A stretch of DNA of 63,393 nucleotides, the filler included, from Choristocarpus tenellus KU-1152 (lineage: Eukaryota; Protista; Phaeophyceae), in assembly GCA_964200185.2 (NCBI GenBank). It is 12 parts of 12 records of this genome, joined end to end, with 100 filler letters (N's around TTAATTAATTAA, not from the genome) between each part and the next. Parts side by side here need not be neighbours in the genome. Positions count along the whole stretch, not along the records: positions 35,551 to 41,641 come from CAXNAD020008960.1; positions 41,742 to 46,002 come from CAXNAD020015423.1; positions 46,103 to 51,412 come from CAXNAD020011195.1; positions 51,513 to 55,991 come from CAXNAD020014369.1; 8 more parts are not named here. One strand, given 5' to 3'. This document shows, piece by piece, positions 39,478 to 52,440 of the stretch (its first letter is position 1; each line of letters starts with the position of its first letter). Under the pieces are notes generated by a model. The model made no database searches, was not told where the DNA came from, and saw only the letters and a list, made by a program, of their open reading frames with translations. The position numbers and the translations under genes were made by a program.

Positions 39478-41593
39478 CTGAACACAAACATTTTTTTCGG
39501 AAATGTCAGATTTAGCAAAAAGAACGAAATCAGTCAAAAGTGGCTGGAAATGATGAAAAAACAAATCGCAGACCATCTTCACGTGTACGTAGAAATTCCA
39601 AACAATTAATAGCGCAAACGAAGGCTCTGAATCAACCCAATCTGACAGAACAATTGATCAGAAGAGTGTGTTCCGAGTTGGTTCAGAACAGAATTCGAGA
39701 AGTAGAACATTCCGCTTGACCTTTCAGCACAATTTTGAGTGGTCTCACTGGATCTTCGAGGCACCCACAGCACTCATACCACCGTGCGGCAAGCACTATC
39801 ACCTACATTACCTCCCCAACTAGTCCATCATAATTCCCAGAGAGCCCACCATCTTGGGGAAGAAAATCCGAACTGAATGAAAAAGGTCGGACCGTTGGCC
39901 TTCTGCTATGCTTTGGCACTCCTTCCCGGAAAACAGCCACTTCCAAAAGGGGTTAGACCTGAGCTAGCAGACGAGTTTGGAGTGAGCAACAGCTACCCAA
40001 GAAAATTGCGGCCGTGCGTCCTAGACCAACTCAACAATGCAAACACATTTTCCCGAGAATCAGCACCAAGAACCAGCTGGTTGTCCGACTTAATGCCAAC
40101 GAAACACGAGAAAATTCGATGTTTGAATGCCGAGAACCTCACCCTGGCCCTTGAGCAGCTCAGAGCCAAGCTAGTCGAATTCAGTGTAGTAGGTGGCAGC
40201 TCAAAACTTCAGCGCTGGCTCAGAGTGATGGGAACAACAAATGTAAAATGGCGCACTACTCTGAGCCAGTTGTTCTCATACAAGAAAAAAACGGGTGGAC
40301 TTCACCTCGACTAAGCTTCCAAGAACCACAATGCCTGGGTGAGTGGGTGCAAGACGATTCACATCGACAAAGTGTGATTCTACCTAATCCCTGGGGGAAA
40401 GTTAGCCCGCATGTTCCCCAGGGAGGAAAAAGTAGGCTCTATCAAGGTGCAACACAAGAGCCACATGCCCAAGGTGATGTTCATCTGTGCCATTTCGCAC
40501 CCGGATCTTAACCACAACTTCGTCGGCAAGATCGGGATATGGCGTGTTTGCGCCGTCAAGCAGGCACAGCGGAGCACTGCCTGTCGCACCAGGGGCAATG
40601 AGTACGAGGTCGATGTCACCATCAATAGTGACGGGTACCAGGAGTGGTACTCGGAGGCTCTCCTATCAACAATCAAGGACAAGATGCCATGGTTGAAGTA
40701 TGAGGATGTTGTCATTCAGCAGGATGCCACTAGTCTGAACACGGCTAAAGGCAAGACGCGGAAACTGAACCAGGCAGGGAGGGAGGGAAGGCAGATGGAC
40801 CATGAAGCTCGTAACACAGCCTGCACAATTGCCCAATCTGAGCGTAACTGATCTGGGGTTCCTCTGTTCGCTCAAGATGCGAGTGTGGAGGGAGCACTAC
40901 CGTACAGTAGACGGCCTTGTAGGGGAGGTTACGGCAATGTCCAACCAGTATGACGCGGATACTCTAGAGTTGGTGTGACAGAGCCTCTTCAAGTGATACA
41001 ATCAAGTGTTGAAAGTGCTGGGAGGGAATGATTTCGAGGTTGTGCATGCCGGGAGAGTGAAATTATCTTAGAGGGCACGAGTTTTGCCCTGTTTGTCCAT
41101 TTGGGGCTTGGCTTCCCACAGGTTTTTGATGATATTTTCCTACTCTGAAACATTTCGGAGTAGGCAAAATGTGTACGTTATGAAAAGGTGTGTCCGGAAA
41201 GGATATTGACACTTCCTAACAAACGCGATAGTCAAAATTACATCAAAACCGGAACATTGGGTTTTGGCCCCCAAATGAATGCGGCTCTACCCTCTAAGAT
41301 ACTTTGACTCAGAGCAGGAAACGGCAGCATGAGGGAATTCTGTATCACTTGATCCCCATTGACAAAGACGCGTACAACGCGACCACAACTTGGTGGATTG
41401 AGGGAGAGGATGAAAATGAGGAGTGATCATTTCAATGCAAAAAACGCCAAGGAATCCAACGCAACTAACCACGTCTTTATCGAAGGTCTCGTTGAGAAAT
41501 TATGGTCGATAAACCATAATTTCCAACCACTTTTGGCCAGTTTTACTCTTCTTTCTAAATCTGATATTTCCGAAAAAAAACGTTTGTGTTCAG
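39478..41593 (+). mobile_element. Second plant-type (DD39D-like) mariner relic with ~73-bp inverted repeats
   Basis: Inverted repeat 39478-39550 / 41520-41593. Frameshifted transposase at 39877-41050: IHIDK, VQHKSHMPKVMFICAISHP, FVGKIGIW, VVIQQDA, QPAQLPNLSVTDLGF, VLKVLGGNDF. Confidence 0.85.
41055..41310 (-). mobile_element. MITE family A inserted in the mariner transposase 3' end
   Basis: Both TIRs present. Flanks GGA / AGA. Confidence 0.9.
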
Positions 41594-43499
41594 GGGGTGG
41601 TGTGACCCGAAGTATTTGTGGGGGGGGCGGTCTACACCAGGNNNNNNNNNNNNNNNNNNNNNNNNNNNNNNNNNNNNNNNNNNNNTTAATTAATTAANNN
41701 NNNNNNNNNNNNNNNNNNNNNNNNNNNNNNNNNNNNNNNNNGGTGTAGACCCCCCCCCCCTCCCAGATACTTTGGGTCAGAACTTCCAAGAATTATGTGC
41801 AGCAATCTATAGTGCCCCCCCAACCACTGACCACCTGTAACCATTATCATGTCCCTACATCCTTGACCTACTCACCTCCAGTCTTTGCCGCTATAGCCAA
41901 TGCCCGCCTCTTCCGTGCCAATATACAACAGCAGACATCAGGATATTTGCCCCCACCGGAGTCGTAACCCACACAATTGTTTCCTCTGTGTCTGACAATA
42001 CTGAACAGTAAAAAGTATATGAAATGATGCAGATTGATTGGGGGTGGGGAGAGGAGATCATCAGGTGATTTTGGGAGCACTCGATGGAAACATCCTGTAC
42101 AATATTCTTTTTACCACAATGACTTGTGACGGACACATCTCATTATTATTTTATATTATTTTGGTGTCCTTATCAAGACCACAACACAGCAGGTAACAAC
42201 TGTATGCCTGGAGGACAAGGTGAGGTTCAGCCGGTACATGCTAGAACGAGATATTAAAGCAATGACAATCATAGTCACTGAAAGGAACATGAGACAGCAG
42301 AAGTTAAAATGAGGCTGCCCACATTAGAGCGCACAATAATATACATCGGTTTTATAGGCTGAAGTCCTTAGAAAATATAAACACTGAACTCACTACTTTT
42401 TTTGTTCTTTTATTTTCCTCTTTTCTAGGTTGTAACAACTCTCTGTGATCTTGAATTCTCTATTTTATATCTTCTATGTCTCACTTATGTTTTCTAATGC
42501 TTATTTATTTCTAGTTCTCATCCCATCATCCCCTGAGTTTTATTTCATTTTCTTTTCATTTGTTACTTTCCTTATTTACCGACTCTTTTCTTTTCTTTAT
42601 TCTTTTTACTTTTTGTGCTTTATTTTATTTTATTTGTTATTCAGGTTCCACTTTGTTATCCTCATCATCCATATATTGTTTATTTATTTATTATCTACTT
42701 TCAGTTTTTATTTATTTTCTATTGTGATTTTTATTTCTATTTTTTATTTTGTTTCTCTTTATTTATTATTAGTACTAATTGTTGCTCTCATTGGCCCTTC
42801 TTCATTTATTTATCTTAATTTTCGTCATTGCCTGTTTTGTGCACTAGCAGCCTTGAGTATGTTTTGTGCATGGGGGGCATAGGAAAGGCAATAATAAGAT
42901 GCTGTGTAGGTCATGAATAATATAAGTCTAATCCTTGACAGCACTTGCATTTATATGACTGGGAAGATTGGAACGGAAGACGCATGAATTGTATGCCCAA
43001 TCAGAGCTATTTATTTTGTAACTTTTGAAGGTACAGTTCAAAAGAAACAAGTGTATACTCGGATTAGGCCAGACAATTCAACGGAGATTGCATTTGTGAT
43101 CTTATGGACACCTTGAAGAGAACGTGGATAAATTAATCACATTTGTGATTAGAGTGATTGGAACTGCGGACCCATTCATTTTAGGCCATGTCAGAGATGC
43201 ATACATTGTAAATTTTGAAGGTGTGTTTCAGAAAGAGCAAAGGTATACTCGGACTAGGCCAGGGGCAATCTGACCCTAATGGTATTCTGTGACCCTTGGG
43301 AAATTTTCCCAGGTTAGATAAGGATATTTGTTTACCTGTTTTGGGGCTAATTGGAGTTATATATATATTTAAATAAAAGTATAAACTCTTTTCTGGTCAG
43401 ACATATATTGATCTTGACTGCGCCTTACGACTTTTGAGGATCCGTTCTCAAAGGAAACGAGGGGATTGTTGATCATAGTTGGAATCCATGGGTTAATTT

Positions 43500-43598
43500 G
43501 GAACTGGAGTCCATACGTTGGAAACAACTGGCAGAGTCGGAACTGGAGTCCTTATGTTGGAAAAAACTGGCAGAGTCGGAACTGAAGCCCATATGTTA
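43500..43598. repeat. 39-bp tandem repeat, ~2.5 copies
   Basis: Unit GGAACTGGAGTCC.TA.GTTGGAAA.AACTGGCAGAGTC. Confidence 0.85.
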
Positions 43599-44936
43599 CC
43601 AAAGGGCAATTATGCATTCCACCGTAGCATGATCTAAGGTGATGGATATTTACTATCCAGATAATGATTATTGCCTGTGGTAAGCATGAAACAGGTAGTC
43701 ACTGCATGGAACATAGGATACCAGAAGTTGGAACCATGAAGTAACCCACATCAGAACCGATAGCAATTTATGTAAGATGTTTTGATTTATTTTTTATTGT
43801 CATTTTGTGTTTTTGAATATTTTTTTCCGTGTACATCAGGTACCTGACCCCCTTTATTCCATGGATTTTTTATTCCCCCTTTTATATTATTCTTTCGTAT
43901 TATTCTTGGATTTTCTTTTTTTTCTATTTATTCATTTTTTCTCTATCCCTTGCTTAACCTTTTTTTTATTTTCTCTTAATCTGAACAGGTACTTGATCCC
44001 CTTAATTCCTTGTTTTGTTCTATCTTTCTTCTTTTTTTTCTCTTTTTTATTGCTGATGTTGATGTTATTGCCTGTTTTACGCACTAGCAGCCGTCAGTAT
44101 GCTTCGTGCTTGGGGGGCAAGAGACAGGCAATAATCAGATGATACTTGGCACTCTAGGGAAGCTGTACTTTAGAGAGAATGAATATATCCTCAGATTAGG
44201 CTAAATTCAGACAGATTTTCCCAAGGAAGTTAAGGATAGATGTTTTGAACCTAAGAGTGCGGTATCGTTTTTGCCTCTCCCTCTTTTTTTTGCAACAGGA
44301 TGATCTGAGGTGATTGATGATAGCTATTGTCTTCACCGGTGACAATCGCCTGTGGTAAGCGTGAAATATGTACTACTAGTTCACGCTGGGGGGCATGTTA
44401 CAGGCGAATAGCACGAGCTTTTCTTCTTGTGTTCCAACGAAGTGCAAGCATTTGTTATACGCGAATAGCGCGAGCATATTCTCCTCATGTTTTAGCAAAT
44501 ACGAACATTTGTGACAGATGTATAGTGTGAGGATTGTTTCTCGCGTCTAACAAGTGCGAACAATATACAATATTAGTAGCACATAGGTAGCCTTACAGAA
44601 TAAATGACGATTTCGTAGAAGATACAGAGTAAGATTTGGAATACCTACGTAACATTATAGAAGAAAATGTCAAAGTCCCTAAGAAGTTGCAGAATAAAGG
44701 TTTATGATTGGAGTACGTGTAGAGCAGTTGCATAGAAGACCAAAGAAATTGGGTGGATGATGAAAATAGTAAGAGGGCTTTTGGTCAAAGCCATGCCCCC
44801 CTTACCTCCAGTCTTTATCTTTTATCTGAAACGAAACTTTGAGTCGAGCTTTGAGCTAAGCATTGAGTGGAATATCAAGAAGAGAAGGACACCTGATACC
44901 CTCCAAACTGTTATCAAGGCCAACGCCCCCATAGCG

Positions 44937-45380
44937 TCATTTTAAGGTCGTTGGATTTGAGTTGTACATCCTGTGGAGGTGAGTTCTGAGGGGCGCCTGT
45001 AGCACCATGTCCATTTTGGTGCAAGTCGGTCTGGCAAAAAATGGGACGAAGTCAATCTCAATGAGGTCGTTGTCTCTGAAGGGGAAGACGGCCGGGTCTG
45101 AGACAGTATTCGGTGTAGACGAGACATGCTTGTAGTCCACCTCCATGCATTCAGGTCTCGCATAGAATGGGGGAAAGTAAACGTCAACCAAGTCATTCCC
45201 CTTAGGGATGAATACAGGTGAGTGGGGAATAGCCTTGGGGGTCAATGATAATTCCTTGTGCTCCATCTCCATGCAGCATGCGGGTCTTGCATAGAAAGGA
45301 GCAAAATATACCTCGATAAAGGCGTGTTCCCTGAAGGGGAAGAAGAGGGAGCGAGGGAGGTGATAGCAACGAACAACGGA
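44937..45380 (-). CDS. Orphan open frame with three 42-43 aa tandem repeats (PF[YF]ARPxC motif)
   Basis: FPFREHAFIEVYFAPFYARPACCMEME.../FIPKGNDLVDVYFPPFYARPECMEVD.../FPFRDNDLIEIDFVPFFARPTCTKMD. Periods are 129 and 126 bp. Confidence 0.5.
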   Translation of the reverse strand, partial: SVVRCYHLPRSLFFPFREHAFIEVYFAPFYARPACCMEMEHKELSLTPKAIPHSPVFIPKGNDLVDVYFPPFYARPECMEVDYKHVSSTPNTVSDPAVFPFRDNDLIEIDFVPFFARPTCTKMDMVLQAPLRTHLHRMYNSNPTTLK

Positions 45381-46172
45381 ACTGATTCAGTCTCACTTTA
45401 CCAGTTGGGGCATGTTCTCGTTGAGTAGGTACTTTGAGACTCGAGAAATTGTCTAGTACTTCGACCTCTGTAGACAAATTTCATCTCACCGATCGAGGTC
45501 GAAGTTTACTCGAGGAGACTCTAGAGACTTAGGTCGTCCAACGCCTGCGCCATTTTTTCCCTGATCTAAAAGAGTGGAACCCAGCAGGGCTAGGACAACG
45601 GTCGTGCACCCATGAATAAACCAAATCACGATACTAGCGTCGACTGTGTCGATATACGATAAGAGAGGTGGATGTGGTCTTTCTCGACTCTCCATCCTTG
45701 AACTCGTCGGGATAATGCAACATCAAATGTCATCAATGATTGCTGATTTACTACTTTTTAGTACCAAGCCGTTTCTTAGTATTATTAATGTAAGAAAGAA
45801 AAACGTAGAACAATTTCAGGGCTATGGGAAACAAACAATGCTAGTCTTAGGACTATTATGTTAATGATGTCGTTGTATTACTGTTTTTCTATGTTACCAT
45901 GATGGTTGTGTGAGAGCCATGTTCCACAGAAGGTATACCCTGAAGCTAACCTATCTTGAACATCATGTTTAAGTTATACCCTGAAGGTGACCTATCTTGA
46001 ACNNNNNNNNNNNNNNNNNNNNNNNNNNNNNNNNNNNNNNNNNNNNTTAATTAATTAANNNNNNNNNNNNNNNNNNNNNNNNNNNNNNNNNNNNNNNNNN
46101 NNGTGTGCGGTGTGGTGTTCCGTTGTGGAGGTGAGGATGCGATTGTGTGTGGTTTGGGGGGGGGGGGGGTGT

Positions 46173-46213
<41 letters not shown>

Positions 46214-49200
46214 AGGCTTGTGCCCACAAGCTGGTGTGAGTAATGGTGCCGAGTGTGGTGGTCAGAAGAGAGAGATGGGATGGGACACACACAAGGTGAT
46301 GTTGGTGTGTGCTCTCTAGGTGTGTGAATTTTGATGGAGGGGTGCTTTGAGGACAAGATAGAGTTAGCTGTGCAGCAGGAGAGGACTCCAGGGAGAGGAA
46401 ATATGTTGATATCAGAGCTCTGGTGGGTATGGAGGATGGCTATCAAATGGGGGATTGTGAGTGCATTTTCTTTTTTTTTCTTGATATTGTAGCTTGATTT
46501 CGGTGTTGTCAGTGGTAGATACTAGTACAGGTTGGTGTGAGAGGGGGCAGTGTTATTCACAGAGGGAGAGCGTTGGACCCTCTTACCTTCCCCAAAGCTT
46601 GCGGTGATTTGGGGGCGATAAGCATGACTTATTGTGTATGCCACATGTGATTGGAAGGATTTTTCTGGCGAGGGGGAGGTGGAAAATCTGCAGCAAGTCT
46701 GTTGTCTGACGCGATCCTCTGATAGGCTTGTCCAGTCAGTCTTTCATGAACCTAGGACATCTGGATTGTACTCTGGCATGTTTGGAGGAGGATAACATCG
46801 TTTCTCATAGTCAGACCAGCTTAGGATGAGATGGAGTGGGTTTGTAAGATCCTGGTACTTGGTAGTGTCTGTTGAGCTACTTGATAGAAGAGTAATGATT
46901 GAAATAGGGTGTATGGTTTAAGAAGTGATGGTTAGATGCTATGATGGGAGGTTATTATTTACTTCATCACACACTAATTCTAGTGAGAGTGGTGATACAT
47001 TATATACTAAGTACTGCATAACACTATGGTTGTAGGACTCAACTCAATGTGCGAATTATTATTATTGGTGACATTGGTTAAGTGTTCTCTAAGTTTGGTG
47101 CTGCCCATAGGTTATGATTGTACCACTGAGGCAGATGGGATTTCAACCATTTTTTTTCTAATGATGTGACTCAAAATAATTGGTAAGTAAAACTGTATAT
47201 TATAGTGAGCCAAATTGTTTCCACGACCCAATTATATCAAAGTGATCTTGCACCGTGATGAAGTGGGCAAGGCCCCCAATTCTTAAGGGGCCTCTCCAAG
47301 GGCGCGAAAGATTGCAATTTTGTCTGCTCTTTCTCCACTACTAGTGTGACCACCAGACATGTCAGCTCTTGTCACATTTGAGACCAGACAATTTGTCCGT
47401 GCTTAGCTCCAGAAAGGCTGAAGAGTATATGTGGGCATACCAGGCAGATGAATCCTCAACAGTTTTGAGAGGATTCAGGCATGCGCATGACCATGGAAAT
47501 ATGGAAATATTGGTGTTGCTGATGCAGTGGGGGGTCATTGTGAGCAGGGCACCATATGCATATAAGTGCTGCTGCTCAAGACAGAAAATATCAAGGAAAT
47601 AATTCTGTTTTGCTTGCAGTAGTGAGTGAGTACTCTGTATTTACCAATGAAGAAAGAATAGTTTCAATTCACAACACTGAAATAGAAGTGCCCTTTTACT
47701 TCCCATTGAACTGTCTAATGTATCGAGGAAGTGCCACATTCTGTGTATTGTACAGTGAACAAGGCATTGCTGATAGACACAATTCAGAGAACAAGTTCAC
47801 TTTTGTGTTCTTCCTAAAATGTTACTGTGAAGCAGTTGGATGTGAGCACTTGCCCTAAAGTGATAATTTTCTAAGGGACGTACCAAAGTGGGGGGTGGTC
47901 ATCATCGAGGTCCTCGTGAAGAGCAGGCCCTAACAACATTCAAACAACCTCAATCTGTTCACCACTCTCCTATTGTGTTGCGAATCAAGGAGGTCTCCCA
48001 CCACCCTCAAGCGGCTGCTTTTGTTTCGATTCGTAACCTACGAACATATGACTGCCCAAAAAAGATGGGTGTGGACGTCATGGAAATCAGATTTCTCATG
48101 GAACAAAGGCTCTGTTTGATCTTTTGAAGATCACAATCCATCAACCCCAGCCTGCTCGCGGCGCTAACCCCAGTAAGAAACCCTTGTTGTTGCTGGTGCT
48201 GGTGTCATTATATGGATGGAGGTGGCGCGGTGGTGGACAGGGCCGTCTCACCTGATGTCCAAAAAGTGCAAGCAGCCCCCATCAAGACCCTAAACCTATC
48301 ATCACAAGTGCTCTGTAAGTGGATGCTTGAGGTGTGGTGTTCCGTCTGTGGCCCATATGGTCTGATGTATTGGTACCTACCTGAACCTTCTATACCCCTG
48401 TATATTTATACTGTTTTGTAATCACTACAAGTCATTTGGGACAACAAGAACATACAAGGAGAGAATGCAAGACACCTATATTCGTCCATACATGTACAGA
48501 ACTATGCTTGGATTTGGGGGGAGGTTAACAATATTGGCCTTCTAATACACGACGTGATCATATTTTGAAAAGAAGAAACCGACTCCATCCGCACTAAAAC
48601 CATCATCAGACTCCCCACACTCTCTTTTTACCTGACCTGTTTTCCAACAACTTTTTCTTTGACAAAACCGTAAAAACCGCCCAATTTTGTTCTTAACCTC
48701 TCTGGCAGGGCCCTGCCCTGAGATGTTTCCTTCGCTAATATTTGGAATTTGCTGTTGTCCACTGTGAAGGTCCAAGTTTCCAACAGACCCCACAGGTACA
48801 AAGGATGTTCTGTTCAGTCATCAAATTCTGCACAACAGGGAGGCAGAGAAGAACCCTTGTCATAGCCCACCTCTTCTACCCAGACACAGCACATCCCTGT
48901 TCCCGAGGCAAGACCCCCGGCACCTTTCCTCATGGTGGCCTGGAGCACCATGGCTGCAAGGTGGTGGAACTTCTCCTCCTCTATTCCCCCAAGCATAGAC
49001 CACACAGCTCCCCCCTGTGCTTTCCTCCCCATGCCACCCAAGCACTGTGGTTTCTTAGTGGCAAATGTCCTACTTCTTGTCTTTTCACCACAGGTGTATC
49101 CAGGGCGTAAACCCTCTAAGACCACATAGATAGTGAGCTGTTGCGGATTGAAATGTATATTGCTGTACGGAAATTGTTTCTAGGTGGTAATTTGATGACA

Positions 49201-50099
49201 AGGAATGAATCAGTTTGTCAGAATATGTAAAATGTGACATTTATTTTACAGGGCTTTTCACCGGTCCAGGCAGTTAGCATGTCCACTATTATAGGCCACA
49301 TAGCCGTGGGCTGGTCCGAGGCCAGCCATGTTAAAAGGGTCAATGCCCATGGACTTGTGATGTTCGAACTTTGTTGTATATAGTCGACCTTGGTTGTTAT
49401 GTTGAGTAGGAAGGCCATGGACTCGGCCATGTTAGAAAATTTTATCTACTTTTTTCCACTGGGGCAAACCGTGTCATGCCTATCCCTAACTAATTTCCAT
49501 TTTACCATACTTGAATGTAGTATCCTACTTCGAAGTATACTACTACTCGATGTACGAAGTATTACTCGAAGTAATATATATATATATCAACATTTGCATA
49601 CTTTCCTCCATTCTCGGCAACAGTGCCAAATTGTCACACCAAGGTCATGTTGGCGACCTCCTTTCCACACCCAGTAGTTCTGCATCTGATACACATACCT
49701 CACATTACCCTTTCATCACCCCACCTCTTCCTGCTCCATCGCTGGACCAGCATATCACAGCCCTTGGGGAGGGCAAAATGCCTCAACCCCACCCCAATTT
49801 TGAGGATGGTTCTGCACAGCATGCATACACAACATATTCAACCAATAACTGAATAAAACGAATAAAAACTATTTTGTTTCTCACACCATTTCATCACTAT
49901 TGCACTAGATCACCCTAACCACATTTCACACAAACTAAGTGCAGTACTCACCCTGGTACCACAGGCAACAATTCTTCTGGATCTGACCCATATCAAGACA
50001 TCCAGATACATAACCCACTGGCATGCATGCCCAGCACATCATATGCAGACCTCCCAATCCTTGCCCCAAGTCCAAATCAAGAACTCCAAGCACCCGTGT

Positions 50100-50860
50100 G
50101 ATGTTGCAACAAAGAATCTCCGCATACTCACAGGGCAGCTGTTGACCCTCCTGACCACCACCAAAGTACCCAACACACTCTAACGCATGGGACTCCAATG
50201 GCACTCATTCGCTCTGAACTACTCCAAGACATTCAGACGGTCCTCTTCAAAAGAAAATTGAGCGGTTTCCTCAGTACAATGGCGCCTGCTGGCTTCTGCC
50301 CACAATACAAAATCTAGGTGGCCTGCAGATGCAGCAAGGAAGCAGGTTTGCTCATTCCAGTGACAGTCGTTTGCTCTCAAAAATTTAAGCATCTGCAGCT
50401 GCCCCTTTCATGCAGCAGCAGCAGTGATGTAAATGTCCAATCAGAAATCTCGTGAGATCATCTATCTCATCACATCCAAGCTTCCCCCTTGTGCAACAGC
50501 AGAAACGATCCCCAAATGCCATAGACAGCCATTGGCCAAGGTCCACTGCAAGGCTTCCGGTCCCCCACTCTCGCCAAGTGTGCGGAAATTCTAGTATCCC
50601 AAAGGCAGCCTTGAGATTAGGTCCACCTCAACACATGAAATAGTCCCTTATCCACAGTAAAAGCGCAAGTGTCTTCGTTCTAGGGGCAGCCATTAAGCCT
50701 GGCCCACTGCATGCAAGCTCGCAGGTTGCCTTGCTCCACTAGCAACGCTTTGTCTTTCCCTCGGGCCTGCCCCACTTCAATATGTCAACATTTCCTACTT
50801 CCGCGGCGCGAGCGCACACTTCTGCACCTTAGGGGGATCTAGTTACCCTTTGCCAAAGTC
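50100..50860 (-). pseudogene. Intronless ankyrin-repeat pseudogene of the 'GCPW' (giant-virus-like) type
   Basis: Minus translation: VCARAAEVGNVDILKWA; QWARLNGCP*NEDTCA; LRWT*SQGCLWD; KGQLQMLKFLRANDCHWNEQTCFLAASAGHLDFVLWA; LNVLE*FRANECHW. Several in-frame stops. Confidence 0.8.
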
Positions 50861-52357
50861 AGCCGGGGAGACAGACCCAACTACAACTCAAATGCTAGTG
50901 ATGGGAGGTCGAGTGCTGAGCCACACATCACTCCACACCCTTGACACCCCGTTGATGAAAAGATATTCGTTGGCAGGGATAAACCATATAATCTCCCCGA
51001 CTAATGTTTAAGAGACCTTCCCGCCCTCCTCTACTCTTTAAGACTTCAGTTCCCCTGGTGTCGTATATATCATCCCAACTCCTAGACTGAACATGGCAAG
51101 CGTGTTTCAGTTTGTTGACTCTATCAGACATTCTACTCCTTCCTCTCTTGCGGGGCATCATCAGAGTTTTTCCTTTAATTCAATAGGAGACGACTATGTC
51201 GCTGCTTTACTGTAAGTGTAGTGGTAAAGTCCACAATTGAGGTGTCAATCACGGTTCAATGGGGAGTAAAATGGGGAGTTCCAATCCAATCTAGGCTCAT
51301 CACACAACTAATGACATAAATGAGTAGTAGTGTTACAGGCGCCCCTCATCTCGGTAGGACCTCCATGTTACAGGCGCCCCTCAATGCTCACCTTCCAGGA
51401 TGTACAACTCAANNNNNNNNNNNNNNNNNNNNNNNNNNNNNNNNNNNNNNNNNNNNTTAATTAATTAANNNNNNNNNNNNNNNNNNNNNNNNNNNNNNNN
51501 NNNNNNNNNNNNTGCCTTCCTTATCTTCCCATCTACCTACTCCTGTGCCCCTGGGGGGGATGATCACGGTACCATTACGGTATGATCACGGTACAATCCA
51601 TGCATGTCACCTGCCAAGAATAGCATTGTCATCTGGAGCCTCTGCATGTGTTCTGTGTGTGGATTTGGAGAGCAATGTCATTGTTCTCAGCCATGGCATG
51701 GCGTTGTGGTAGATAGTAACGCCTGTCAAAACATGACCCAATTGGAAGGTTCTTTGTCGACGGTGTGATGTTATTATTAAGGTGATTGGTACGTATTACT
51801 TGGTTTTAGAATACCGCCGTCGGATTTGAGTGTTCTTAGTTACAAGGCGATTCACTTGAATTTTTTTGTTGTTGGAAGTATGCTAGTTTTGTTCTTCTTT
51901 TTTTTGCATTAAGTCGATTTCTCAACTTATACATTGAGAAGGCAAATTCCCTGAGTCAAGTTCGTTGAAGAATTCTTATTGTACTACATTAATGCCCAGA
52001 GTCTCATTGTGCTCATGAAAATGTGCTTGTTATTTTATGCATTTTTTCTTATTATTTTGCCCAAGAATTTTCCTATGACTGTGCTTATTTATCATCCATT
52101 AGTAGGTACCTTTAAAAAATACATACATAGATGCTAAAGAAATAGTACGATGCTTCCTTTTTATGCCATTTAAAAATACATATATATATATATATATATA
52201 TATCATGATCATCCTCTGTGGCGCTCTGTGGCACCACAGAGCATTGTTGAGTTGCTCCACGGTCACCTCCTTGTCGCAGAAGAGCACCATGCGTAAATTG
52301 AAGTTCATAGAAATGTTCTCTTGCATGCACAAGAATATTTCCAAATATGCTCCAAAC

Positions 52358-52440
52358 TATCTGAGTATGACACAAAGTATCTGAGAATGACACACAGTAT
52401 CTGAGTATGACACAAAGTATCTGAGAATGACGCAAAGTAC
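52358..52440. repeat. 20-bp tandem repeat (4 copies, alternating A/B)
   Basis: TATCTGAGTATGACACAAAG alternating with TATCTGAGAATGAC[AG]CA[CA]AG. Confidence 0.9.

Noticed and set aside
3165-41593. Fanzor/TnpB nuclease associated with the mariner elements
   Set aside because: No RuvC or zinc-finger motifs and no space for a second ORF inside either element.
42445-44142. Very hydrophobic 'membrane protein' ORFs (42445-42882, 43807-44142)
   Set aside because: Translation artefacts of T-rich low-complexity DNA.
46140-46215. Poly-Pro/poly-Gly ORFs
   Set aside because: G/C homopolymer runs at contig ends, with lengths probably unreliable.
48814-49125. 103-aa minus-strand ORF
   Set aside because: Weak resemblance to an RTE LINE 3' end only, too degenerate to call.
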